From: a virus
IMG/VR virus record: IMGVR_UViG_3300014039_000010
Coordinates: 1 to 35,424 of that record
DNA: 35,424 nucleotides
Strand: one strand, 5' to 3'
Numbering within the stretch: position 1 is the stretch's first letter; every line of letters begins with the position of its first letter. Below the pieces are notes generated by a model. It saw nothing but the letters and a program-made list of their open reading frames with translations, was not told the origin of the DNA and searched no databases. Shown piece after piece: positions 6,715 to 14,988 of the stretch. The position numbers and the translations under genes are program-made.

Positions 6715-7470
6715 ATGAGTATATTTGACGAGGTTAAAAGTCAATTAAATATACAGACTGTAATTGAGCATTATGGGTTCAAAGTGAATAGGGCGCATCA
6801 ATTTGTGTGCCCTTTTCACAACGACCATAAACCGAGTGCATCAATCAAGAATGATTACTTTAATTGCTTCGTATGCGGTACAGGTGGCGATCTTATAACC
6901 TTTACGGCAAAGTATTTAGGTTTAAGTAACATTGAAGCGTGCAAAGAGCTTGTGCAAGTGTTTGGGTTGAATATCGACATAAGCACGACGGAAGAACGCA
7001 AGGCGCAGTACGTAGCAGAAAAGAAAAGAAGAGCAGAGGTAAGCAAGCAGTCAAGCTTGCGTGATAAATTCGCAAAAGACAAGGAAATCAGAGCAGAGCG
7101 CAAAGCCTTTACAGATTACAGGCTTAGAAACGAGGTAAGGCAGGCGCACAGGAAGAAAGAGGAAGAACAGGAAAAAGAGATACAGCGTGTAGGCTTCGTA
7201 TTAGCCGATTTTCACCGCTTTTTATGGCAAAGCATACATTTATACCCTTTTGAAGATAAAATGCATATATGGGCGTTACAGGAGCTTACAACGTGTGAAT
7301 ACTTTTTAGATTGTTACGACGAGAACCCGGCAGAGTTTTGCAAGCATAATATGGGGGTGGTAAGAAGATATGAACAGGAACTATCAAGATTTAGCAAATG
7401 CAGTAGTGACACAGGCGGCGAGAGATTACAAGCATTATCACAGGAGAATAGAGAAGAATCCGGCGGATGA
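6715..7470 (+). CDS. CHC2 (DnaG-type) zinc-finger protein with no visible TOPRIM domain
   Basis: CPFHNDHKPSASI...FNCFVCGTGGDLITF is the primase CHC2 zinc-finger signature. The rest is a Lys/Glu-rich linker plus an uncharacterised C-terminal part. Confidence 0.75.
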   Translation: MSIFDEVKSQLNIQTVIEHYGFKVNRAHQFVCPFHNDHKPSASIKNDYFNCFVCGTGGDLITFTAKYLGLSNIEACKELVQVFGLNIDISTTEERKAQYVAEKKRRAEVSKQSSLRDKFAKDKEIRAERKAFTDYRLRNEVRQAHRKKEEEQEKEIQRVGFVLADFHRFLWQSIHLYPFEDKMHIWALQELTTCEYFLDCYDENPAEFCKHNMGVVRRYEQELSRFSKCSSDTGGERLQALSQENREESGG

Positions 7471-7606
7471 TTATGCGAGGCATGAAGTACGAGAGCTTGA
7501 AGCCTTTTTCAGTAGTAAATGGATGAAGAGGCTTATCAATATAGATGGCACGGAGATATTGGCAAGGATAAAAGGAGAGTTAGAGCATGAAAGAGAACTT
7601 GATTGA
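7370..7606 (+). CDS. Hypothetical small protein (78 aa), overlapping the tail of the CHC2 ORF by 101 nt
   Basis: RBS GGGGGTGGTAAGAAG precedes ATG 7370. The protein looks globular (ANAVVTQAARDY...ELEAFFSSKWMKRL). Confidence 0.55.
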   Translation: MNRNYQDLANAVVTQAARDYKHYHRRIEKNPADDYARHEVRELEAFFSSKWMKRLINIDGTEILARIKGELEHERELD

Positions 7607-9461
7607 GGCGATAAACAGTGAGGACGATTTTCAAGACGATCTTTTTTTTACGATTGTAGAGACGACAGACGTACTAGAAAAGGCGCAGTTTATCGAAGCG
7701 GTGCGCAGGAAGTGCCAGAAAGTAGGACGATTGCGCGAATTTAATAATTTATTAAAAGCATGGATCCTTAAATCTACGCAGTTGCAGAAGCAGGGCAGCA
7801 GCAATAAGACAGCCTTTACAGATGCACCACTTACGCTTAACTGTGGCAAGTGGATTGCAAACGATCTGGGCGTAATTATGACGGATATTACGGCGCAAGG
7901 TGTACCGGTCACGACAAGTGCCTGCCCGCATCCGATACTGCCGGTTGAGCGATACATAAACATTGACACGGACACGGAGAAAGTAAAGCTTGCATTCTTT
8001 AAGGATGGCAGATGGCGAGAGATTACGGTTGATGCAGGTACGGTTATGAATAAGAACAGTATTGTCCAGCTTGCGGATCGTGGCGTGCTTGTGACAAGCG
8101 AGAGTGCAAAAGAACTTGTGCGATATCTGAGCGATACGATCGCATTAAATGCACAGGAGATACCGCTTTATCGCAGTATAGGACGTTTGGGTTGGATAGA
8201 TGGCGACTTTATCCCGTACAACGATGCAGTCAAGTACGATGGCGATTTAGACTTCAAGAGCATATACGATAACGTGAGAAGTGCCGGTCGTCTGGACGTT
8301 TGGTACGATCACGTAAGAGAACTTCGCAAAGATATAAATATCCGCTTAGTGCTTGCAGCATCTTTCGCAAGTCCGCTGATTGAGGTATTAGGGGCATTGC
8401 CGTTTATCCTGCATCTGTGGGGTACTACCGGATTTGGTAAGACTGTATCGCTGATGGTTGCATCGAGCGTATGGGGCAATCCAGAGATGGGATGCTTAAC
8501 AAGGACTATGAACATGACAGCAAACGCGATGGCAAGGACAGCTTGCTTTTTGTACAACGTGCCATTTTGCGCGGATGAATTGCAGCAGATCAAGCAGAAT
8601 TGGGGTAATTACGACCAGCTAGTCATGTACTTAACAGAAGGTATCGACCGAGGACGTGCAAAGGCAAGGGGCGGCGTCGAGCAGACAAAGACGTGGCGTA
8701 ATTCGTTTATATTCACAGGAGAAGAGCCGATCACGAAAGGAGCATCCGGGGGCGGCGTTAAGAACAGGGTTATCGAGATTGAGTGTGAGAATAAGATCAT
8801 CAAAGATGGTAATATGACCGCGAACCTTGTCAAGGCGAACTACGGACACGCGGGAAAGCTTTTTATTCAGTATTTGAGTCATTTAATTGAGACAGACAAA
8901 CAAAGTATCGTTGACGACTATAAAAAGCTGTTTAAGGGCATTTTAGAAGCCACAGACACGACGGATAAGCAGGCACTATCAATGGCTTTGATGCTACTTG
9001 CAGACAAGATCGCTTGTGAGTGTATCTTTGATGATGAGCCGCTGACGATCGACGATGTAAAGCCGTACTTAGTGAGTGAGAGTGCCGTGCGTGTTGAGGA
9101 CAGAGCATATGATGAGCTTGTGTCTCTTATCGGTCGAAACGTCAATAAATTCAGTGAGTTCTCGACAGATGCATGGGGAAGATTGTCCGATGACGTGGCA
9201 ACGATCAATAAGCAGGTGCTGGAGCAGGAGTTGCAGAAGCTGGGCTTTGATTTTGGAAGTGTAAAAAAAGGCTGGGATAAAAAAGGCTACATCATAAAAA
9301 ACAGTGCGGGCAGATATGTACACCAAACACGAGTAAATGGCGTTAGAGGTAATTATATCAAGATCAAGTTGCCAGATGGTATGAACTTTGAGGAAGTTAC
9401 GGACGAAAAAGATATACCATTCGTGCAGTATGAGCAACAAAGTCTTGCGTTTAGTAAATAG
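7587..9461 (+). CDS. SF3-type replicative helicase / replication initiator (DUF927 or VirE-like P-loop NTPase)
   Basis: 624 aa. Walker A GTTGFGKT, followed by VASSVWGNP, and Walker B CADELQ. It lies downstream of the CHC2 protein and directly upstream of the iteron region. Confidence 0.7.
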   Translation: MKENLIEAINSEDDFQDDLFFTIVETTDVLEKAQFIEAVRRKCQKVGRLREFNNLLKAWILKSTQLQKQGSSNKTAFTDAPLTLNCGKWIANDLGVIMTDITAQGVPVTTSACPHPILPVERYINIDTDTEKVKLAFFKDGRWREITVDAGTVMNKNSIVQLADRGVLVTSESAKELVRYLSDTIALNAQEIPLYRSIGRLGWIDGDFIPYNDAVKYDGDLDFKSIYDNVRSAGRLDVWYDHVRELRKDINIRLVLAASFASPLIEVLGALPFILHLWGTTGFGKTVSLMVASSVWGNPEMGCLTRTMNMTANAMARTACFLYNVPFCADELQQIKQNWGNYDQLVMYLTEGIDRGRAKARGGVEQTKTWRNSFIFTGEEPITKGASGGGVKNRVIEIECENKIIKDGNMTANLVKANYGHAGKLFIQYLSHLIETDKQSIVDDYKKLFKGILEATDTTDKQALSMALMLLADKIACECIFDDEPLTIDDVKPYLVSESAVRVEDRAYDELVSLIGRNVNKFSEFSTDAWGRLSDDVATINKQVLEQELQKLGFDFGSVKKGWDKKGYIIKNSAGRYVHQTRVNGVRGNYIKIKLPDGMNFEEVTDEKDIPFVQYEQQSLAFSK

Positions 9462-9462
9462 C

Positions 9463-9730
9463 GTAAGTCAAAATGTAAGACATTAGAAACCTAGTATTTA
9501 TGCGGCTTTAGAGTATATATTTATATAATGTCTTACATTTTTACATGACTTACATATATTATATATATTTTATAGAAAAAATTCTTAAAGCTTATCTTTT
9601 AAGCTAATATAAAATATTTTTTATATATGTGCAGAAAAAATGTAAGAATGTAAGACCATTAGTATTTATGCGGGTTTACGAGGATTTTTATGTAAGACAA
9701 AATGTAAAAGTCTTACATAGAATGTAAGAA
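9463..9730. repeat. Putative replication origin: about 10 copies of the 8-9-mer ATGTAAG(A/T)C in both orientations around an AT-rich core
   Basis: Forward copies at about 9473, 9640, 9648, 9690 and 9722. Inverted copies at about 9530, 9547 and 9710. TAGTATTTATGCGG at 9492-9505 and 9660-9673. The AT-rich stretch is 9556-9635. There is no ORF. Confidence 0.6.
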
Positions 9731-9741
9731 GGGAGAGCGAA

Positions 9742-9873
9742 ATGGACGAAGAAAGAAGCGTATGCGACGATTGCGAGCGTGGCGATACATGGGAATGCCA
9801 ATTCTGCTGTGACAAGTGTTACGAGAACTACGGAGAGTGTCCGAACTCAGATTGTGATCCGTGGGATATTTAA
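9742..9873 (+). CDS. Small Cys-rich protein (43 aa)
   Basis: ATG 9742 follows the RBS AAGGGAGAG. It has 8 Cys, including CDDC and CQFCCDKC. Confidence 0.45.
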   Translation: MDEERSVCDDCERGDTWECQFCCDKCYENYGECPNSDCDPWDI

Positions 9874-9890
9874 GAAGGGAGAGAAGAACC

Positions 9891-10100
9891 ATGAATTTGT
9901 TGGAGCATTATGTAAAAGAGGTACACAGCGTAAAAGATATTACAGAAGGATTTATTAAGCATTGCGGATATGAACCGGACGAGCCGTTGTTTGAAGTCGA
10001 CTTGACATATGACTGTTACGGCGTTGTTAAGAGAGCAAAAAAAACATTCTGGAAAAGCGATTACGAGAGCGTGAAGAAACAGGGATACTTCATGGCATAG
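9891..10100 (+). CDS. Hypothetical protein (69 aa)
   Basis: ATG 9891 follows the RBS AAGGGAGAG. The track GTG start at 9861 is less likely. Confidence 0.55.
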   Translation: MNLLEHYVKEVHSVKDITEGFIKHCGYEPDEPLFEVDLTYDCYGVVKRAKKTFWKSDYESVKKQGYFMA

Positions 10101-10118
10101 TTTAGGAGGGAAAAGAAG

Positions 10119-10532
10119 ATGAACAACAAAAAGTTAGGTAACGATTTTGAGCAGGAACTTTGCGAGATATTGGCAGATCATGGATTCTGGGCGCATAACT
10201 TCGCGAACAGAAAGAACGGACAGCCGGCGGATATTATCGCAGTACAGGGGCGTGTGGCATGGTTGATTGATGCAAAGGAGTGTACCGGTGATGTATTCGC
10301 ACTTAGCAGGATTGAATTTAATCAGAGCGCATCAATGGAGCTTTGGCAGGAGTGCGGTAATACAAGTCCATATTTCGCGCTTAAAACGTCAAAGAATGAG
10401 ATATATATGCTTGCATATGATATCTTGCGAGACTTGGCAAAGGACGGAAAGAAGCAATTAAACGACGTAGAAATGCGATACTATGGCACAGACATTGATA
10501 CATGGTTTAGGATTGTGAAAAGCAGCTTATAA
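10119..10532 (+). CDS. Hjc-like PD-(D/E)XK Holliday-junction resolvase
   Basis: 137 aa. G..FE.EL..IL...GF...........PADIIAV......LIDAKE matches the archaeal Hjc-type nuclease core (E...D...E/D-x-K). Confidence 0.65.
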   Translation: MNNKKLGNDFEQELCEILADHGFWAHNFANRKNGQPADIIAVQGRVAWLIDAKECTGDVFALSRIEFNQSASMELWQECGNTSPYFALKTSKNEIYMLAYDILRDLAKDGKKQLNDVEMRYYGTDIDTWFRIVKSSL

Positions 10533-10555
10533 AAAAAAGAGTGGGAGGCAGAAAG

Positions 10556-10771
10556 ATGAATAATTTATCTGATATTTTTTGTGAGTTCAAAGAAAAGGTT
10601 AATGATTTTGTCGATGGAGTAAGACAGTTTTCGTATAAGCAAGGCTATCGTAACGGAATTGTCGCTTTGTATGACAAACTGTACAAAGTGACGAAAGATG
10701 AAGAAGAGAGGCAAGTTATAACGCAAGCTGTACAGTCGTTGATGGAGGATATAGATAAATGGAGCTTATAA
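10556..10771 (+). CDS. Hypothetical protein (71 aa)
   Basis: ATG 10556 follows the RBS GGGAGG. Track ORF trimmed to this start. Confidence 0.5.
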   Translation: MNNLSDIFCEFKEKVNDFVDGVRQFSYKQGYRNGIVALYDKLYKVTKDEEERQVITQAVQSLMEDIDKWSL

Positions 10772-12144
10772 TCAGTAATGAGATCACGATAAAGGATCCT
10801 ACGCCAGAGGTTAGAGAGTGGGTATATACCCGCTTAAAAGTGGCAAATCCAGAGTATAGCAAAAAGGTAAGGCTTGGCTTATGGGTGGGAAAGACACCGA
10901 AAGACATTGCGCTTTATCGCAACAGCGGTGGCGATCTTATCATCCCGCATGGAGTAAAGGACAGCTTGCTTTATGCATTCCCAGAATTAAATGTCAATGG
11001 TTCTTTTGAGCATCCAGTATTATTTAATTATGCGTCAAATAAGCCAGTAAATTACAACGCAAGTATAAATCTATACGATTATCAGAAAGATGCATTAAAT
11101 AGCCTTGTACGCAGTCGTGGGGGCATATTACAGAGCAAGGCGGGAAGCGGTAAGACGAGAGTAGGTATTGCGCTTGCTTGTGCGCTTGGTAAAAAGACGT
11201 TGTGGCTCACACATACGAACGAGCTTTTGAATCAGTCGTATAATGCGGCAGCAGAATTTATCGACAAGAAGCTGCTTGGAAAGATCACGGCGGGCAAGAT
11301 GCAGATATCAGAGGGCATCACGTTTGCAACCGTGCAGACGTTAAGCAAGGCGGATTTGTTTGCACTTCGTAATGTCTGGGATGTCGTGATCGTGGACGAG
11401 TGCCACAGGTGCGCCGGTACAGTCAATCAAGCAACGATGTTCAGCAAGGTGCTGAATAATCTTGCGGCACCTTATAAATACGGTTTGTCTGCTACGCTTC
11501 ACAGGGCCGATGGACTTATACCTTGCACCTTTGCACTTCTGGGCGGCGTAGCGCATAGCGTGCCAGATAGTGCAGTACATACGATGCAAGTAAAGATTGA
11601 GCGAAAAGATACAGGCGTTAAGATCAGCAGAGCTTGTCTTGATACGGACGGAACGCTTGTATATGCAAAACTTATCAACTACCTTGCAGGACATTATGAA
11701 AGAAATTGCAAAATAGCGGGAGACATTGACTGCCTTGTCTATCAAAAACATAGTATTATACTTTTATCTGATAGAGTAGAGCACTTGAGCACGGTATATG
11801 ATCTTATATATCACAAAGAAGATGCTGTCATCCTACATGGCAAGGTTAAAAAAGCGGACAGGGAACAGGCGTTGGAGCAGATGCGCAACAAGGAAAAGCG
11901 CATATTGCTTGCAACGTATCAGCTTGCAAAAGAGGGGCTTGACGTGCCTTGTCTTGACAGGTTGCTACTTGCTACACCAGTCAAAGACTATGCGATTGTA
12001 GTGCAATCGGTAGGACGTATCGCCAGAGTGTGCGAGGGCAAGGGCGAGCCAGTAGTGTATGACTATGTGGACGACATAGGATTTTTGCAAGGCATGTGGA
12101 AAAAACGCTGTACTTCTTACAGAAAAGACGGCTGCATACTGTAA
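10759..12144 (+). CDS. SF2 DEAD/DEAH-box DNA helicase
   Basis: Motif I AGSGKT, motif II VIVDECHR (DExH), and C-terminal helicase motifs (LLATYQLAKEGLDVP, VQSVGRIAR). Confidence 0.85.
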   Translation: MELIISNEITIKDPTPEVREWVYTRLKVANPEYSKKVRLGLWVGKTPKDIALYRNSGGDLIIPHGVKDSLLYAFPELNVNGSFEHPVLFNYASNKPVNYNASINLYDYQKDALNSLVRSRGGILQSKAGSGKTRVGIALACALGKKTLWLTHTNELLNQSYNAAAEFIDKKLLGKITAGKMQISEGITFATVQTLSKADLFALRNVWDVVIVDECHRCAGTVNQATMFSKVLNNLAAPYKYGLSATLHRADGLIPCTFALLGGVAHSVPDSAVHTMQVKIERKDTGVKISRACLDTDGTLVYAKLINYLAGHYERNCKIAGDIDCLVYQKHSIILLSDRVEHLSTVYDLIYHKEDAVILHGKVKKADREQALEQMRNKEKRILLATYQLAKEGLDVPCLDRLLLATPVKDYAIVVQSVGRIARVCEGKGEPVVYDYVDDIGFLQGMWKKRCTSYRKDGCIL

Positions 12145-12154
12145 TTTGTATAAA

Positions 12155-12190
12155 ATGCACAAAGAGACATTAAAACTTTGTGCATTTTTA
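12155..12190 (+). terminator. Rho-independent terminator ending the replication operon
   Basis: Perfect 10-bp stem, ATGCACAAAG 12155-12164 with CTTTGTGCAT 12176-12185, followed by TTTTT. Confidence 0.75.
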
Positions 12191-12243
12191 TACGCTAAAA
12201 ACGTAATAAAATACTTGCAATTACGTTGTGAACGTAGTATAGT
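12191..12243 (+). promoter_or_regulatory. Third early promoter with two operator copies
   Basis: Operators at 12191-12205 (TACGCTaaaAACGTA) and 12222-12236 (TACGTTgtgAACGTA). -35 TTGCAA 12215-12220, 17-nt spacer, -10 TATAGT 12238-12243. Confidence 0.6.
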
Positions 12244-12291
12244 ATAGACAAGATAAAGAAAGGACCGGCACAGCCGGAAAGGTAAGAAGAT

Positions 12292-12507
12292 ATGAAAACA
12301 ATGAAGTTGACGAACGGAACAAAAGAATTTATCGCAAAAGTAGGGAAAAAATATGTGCATAAGAAATATGGAGTTGTGACAGTCGTTAAAATGTATCGTG
12401 CGCTTGATGATAAGTATATTGTTTTTGAAAATAATTTAGGACAGACATTTAGAGAATACACACATTTGAATTGTAAGTTATTTACAAGAATTATATTTGA
12501 AGTGTAA
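12292..12507 (+). CDS. Hypothetical small protein (71 aa)
   Basis: Track ORF. Its leader is paralogous to the one at 2571-2621. Confidence 0.55.
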   Translation: MKTMKLTNGTKEFIAKVGKKYVHKKYGVVTVVKMYRALDDKYIVFENNLGQTFREYTHLNCKLFTRIIFEV

Positions 12508-12554
12508 ATAACAACCGAGCCGGGGCGGTTACTCCGGCAGAAAGAGAGGAAGAT

Positions 12555-12707
12555 ATGAGGAATAAGCATTATTCAATTACTTGTAGCGACGGAACTGTTA
12601 AGAACTTTCAGAAGTGGCATGATGGCGTAATAACGATGCAGACTATAAGAAATGGAAAGATATTACCGATAAAGGTGTTGAGATATAAAGGAGGTATGAA
12701 GGCATGA
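12555..12707 (+). CDS. Hypothetical small protein (50 aa)
   Basis: ATG 12555 follows the RBS AGAGAGGAAG. Below the track cutoff. Confidence 0.45.
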   Translation: MRNKHYSITCSDGTVKNFQKWHDGVITMQTIRNGKILPIKVLRYKGGMKA

Positions 12708-12850
12708 ATGATTATAATAACTATATGGTTGTAGCGGATAACGATCAAGTACTGGAAAGAAATCTGTACAGGGGTGAAGCTATTAAGCTTGCCGTTGAAA
12801 TGAAAAGAAGATATCCAGAAAGTGATTTTTATATATGTGAGCAGGATTAG
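12704..12850 (+). CDS. Hypothetical small protein (48 aa)
   Basis: ATGA overlap with the previous stop, with the RBS AAGGAGG upstream. Confidence 0.45.
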   Translation: MNDYNNYMVVADNDQVLERNLYRGEAIKLAVEMKRRYPESDFYICEQD

Positions 12851-12862
12851 GAGGTAAAAGAT

Positions 12863-12994
12863 ATGTGGTACATAATCAATGGAGCTGGCGAAAGATGCAA
12901 GGCGGTAGAGACTGAGCCTGAGGCTATCGTCGAGATTGCAAATAACTTATGGTATGTAGAATATGTGTACTCTAACGAAGATCGTATGTGTTAG
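12863..12994 (+). CDS. Hypothetical small protein (43 aa)
   Basis: ATG 12863 follows the RBS AGGAGGTAAAAG. Confidence 0.4.
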   Translation: MWYIINGAGERCKAVETEPEAIVEIANNLWYVEYVYSNEDRMC

Positions 12995-13020
12995 CGAGAA
13001 AGATGAAAGTGAGGGATAAT

Positions 13021-13302
13021 ATGACAGAGAGTGAAGCGGTAGAAAAACTGAAAAATATGCGATTGTTTATGCAGATTGAGGATGAGAAGAGCAAGTGCAA
13101 ATTTACAGAAGATGATTACAAAGCAAATGAAATGGCAATACAGGCACTCGAAAAGCAGATACCGAAAAAACCGCTGCATATTGCAAATTTAGGTTATACA
13201 GCATTATGGTTGTGTCCGGTGTGCGAAAGAAGAATAATTAGAAGTGATTTAAAGTATTGCCACCAGTGCGGGCAAAAAATAGACTGGAGTGATGAAAAAT
13301 GA
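13021..13302 (+). CDS. Small protein with a C-terminal zinc ribbon (CPVC...CHQC)
   Basis: ATG 13021 follows AGTGAGGGATAAT, the same RBS context as at 124-139. Confidence 0.55.
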   Translation: MTESEAVEKLKNMRLFMQIEDEKSKCKFTEDDYKANEMAIQALEKQIPKKPLHIANLGYTALWLCPVCERRIIRSDLKYCHQCGQKIDWSDEK

Positions 13303-13499
13303 TGATATTTAGCTGGATATTGATGTTTGCATCTGTGTTACTTGGGTGCTATGGCTTTTGCATGTCGGATAAAGGGCTGATACCGCAGTATGCAGTGTGG
13401 GTTAATTCAATCGTAGTTATCTTGTTATTTGTATCTGCAATTATGATACAGAAGCGGGAAGCAGAGATAGAGAAAGGAGGTGTAGAGGATGACGATTGA
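13299..13499 (+). CDS. Two-TM small membrane protein with a charged C-terminal tail (class II holin-like architecture)
   Basis: 66 aa. TM1 IFSWILMFASVLLGCYGFCM, TM2 YAVWVNSIVVILLFVSAIMI, tail QKREAEIEKGGVEDDD. It lies two genes upstream of the endolysin. Confidence 0.5.
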   Translation: MMIFSWILMFASVLLGCYGFCMSDKGLIPQYAVWVNSIVVILLFVSAIMIQKREAEIEKGGVEDDD

Positions 13500-13773
13500 T
13501 AGTGTAATAGAAAATTTGAAATATGATGTTGAGATAGATATGTATATTCGTGATATAGCTCCACAGATTGCAGAATGGCTGGAAGAACTAAAAACCACGA
13601 GAAATCTTGATAAAACAAATTTTTCTGATGGCTACAACAAGGCGTTTGAAGATGTAATGAATATGCTGAATGGCATAGAATTTGACGGCGGCACAAAAGA
13701 AACACTTGCTTGTGCAAATGCAACACTTAACTACATCAAGGAGGAAGTAGAGAAGTTAAGAAGTGACGGCTAG
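13489..13773 (+). CDS. Hypothetical protein (94 aa)
   Basis: Track ORF with RBS AAAGGAGGTG upstream. Confidence 0.55.
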   Translation: MTIDSVIENLKYDVEIDMYIRDIAPQIAEWLEELKTTRNLDKTNFSDGYNKAFEDVMNMLNGIEFDGGTKETLACANATLNYIKEEVEKLRSDG

Positions 13774-13814
13774 ACCGTACTTGTGCTACAATGTAAGCAG
13801 AAAGGGGCGATATA

Positions 13815-14750
13815 ATGCAGAAATTTGGTATTGATATTTCAAAATGGCAAAAGGGTTTTGATTTTGACAAGGCAAAGGCAGAGGGCGTGGAGTTCATTAT
13901 CTTGCGTGGCGCATATTCAAATAGCAAGGATTCTTGCTTCGAGGATTTTTATAAGTCATGCAAGGACAGGGGGATCCCAATCGGTGTCTATCATTACTCA
14001 ATGGCGAAGTCTGTTATGGATGCAAAGAAAGAAGCAGAGCTTATGCTTGATGTCTTAAAGGGCAAGCAGCTCGAGTATCCAATTTACTTAGACGTAGAGG
14101 ATGAGACACAGGCGAAATTAGGAAAGTCGGTACTTACGGCTATCATTAAGACATACTGTGACACGCTGGAAGATGCAGGTTATTATGCAGGCATTTATAG
14201 TACGTACAGTTATCTTAACAGCTACACGAATATTGCGGAGCTGTGCAAGTATGATAAGTGGATAGCGCAGTGGCACACAAAGTGCAGTTGTCCGATTGAC
14301 TATGGCATGTGGCAGTTTGGGGGCGAGACAAACAAGATCCGCTCAAACAAGATTGCGGGCGTTACTTGTGACCAGGATTACGCATACTTCGATTATCCGT
14401 CTATTATGCGTAAATCCGGTTTAAACGGCTTTTCTAAGTCCGAGGGTACAAATACACCACCTGTACAGGAAAAACCTCTTAAATCGGCTTTGGACGTTGC
14501 TAGAGAGATATTGGATGGCAAGTGGGGGAACGGTGCAGACAGAAAAGCAAGGCTTACTGCTGCCGGATACAACTATGACGAGGTACAGGCGAAGGTCAAC
14601 GAGCTTTGCAAACCACAAAAGACAGTAGATCAGCTTGCACGTGAAGTTATCGCGGGGCAGTGGGGTACAGGCTTGAATCGCAAGAACAGACTTACACAGG
14701 CGGGGTACGATTATGCCGCAGTACAAAAGAGAGTAAATGAGTTATTGTAG
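13815..14750 (+). CDS. Endolysin: GH25 muramidase with two C-terminal CW_7 (Cpl-7-type) cell-wall-binding repeats
   Basis: N terminus FGIDISKWQ...FIILRGAY...DVE matches GH25. The two repeats are GKWGNGADRKARLTAAGYNYDEVQAKVNEL and GQWGTGLNRKNRLTQAGYDYAAVQKRVNEL. Confidence 0.9.
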   Translation: MQKFGIDISKWQKGFDFDKAKAEGVEFIILRGAYSNSKDSCFEDFYKSCKDRGIPIGVYHYSMAKSVMDAKKEAELMLDVLKGKQLEYPIYLDVEDETQAKLGKSVLTAIIKTYCDTLEDAGYYAGIYSTYSYLNSYTNIAELCKYDKWIAQWHTKCSCPIDYGMWQFGGETNKIRSNKIAGVTCDQDYAYFDYPSIMRKSGLNGFSKSEGTNTPPVQEKPLKSALDVAREILDGKWGNGADRKARLTAAGYNYDEVQAKVNELCKPQKTVDQLAREVIAGQWGTGLNRKNRLTQAGYDYAAVQKRVNELL

Positions 14751-14790
14751 GAGATCATATGGCGAAGAATAAAAGAAAGGAATAACGAAT

Positions 14791-14812
14791 CCTCGGTAAA
14801 CCGAGGTTATCA
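14791..14812 (+). terminator. Weak terminator-like hairpin after the endolysin
   Basis: CCTCGG-taaa-CCGAGG followed by TTATCATCTAT, a poor U-tract. Confidence 0.35.
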
Positions 14813-14988
14813 TCTATATGTGTTAAAGATTTGATATAAAATTCGTAATAGTAGCGTTTGCGATTCGATAAGGTGGAATTTGAAGTATCGCACATAAAGC
14901 ATATTTGACTTATGTGAGTTTCAGACCGCAGGCATGGGAAGCGTATACGAATTATCCACGATTACAAAGCGATTTGTAGCGTGGTGTT

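Noticed and set aside
7631-7975. Long minus-strand ORFs inside plus-strand genes, for example 7631-7975, 11341-11751, 15957-16490, 26040-26429, 31750-32238 and 32585-33001
   Set aside because: They are shadow ORFs antisense to well-supported genes. They have no RBS or promoter and a low-complexity, Ser/Leu/Cys-rich composition. Only int and the repressor are credible minus-strand genes.
9463-9730. Possible CRISPR-like array, given the many short repeats
   Set aside because: The repeats are only 8-9 bp, occur in both orientations, and have irregular AT-rich spacing. There are no spacer-sized unique segments and no cas genes. The pattern fits iterons.
14806-14988. A tRNA or a named riboswitch (T-box, preQ1, ZTP) in the long leader
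   Set aside because: No T-loop GTTCRANYC or cloverleaf is present. AAGGTGGAATTT and ACCGCAGGCATGGG only vaguely recall T-box and ZTP cores. I cannot support any class without a covariance-model scan.
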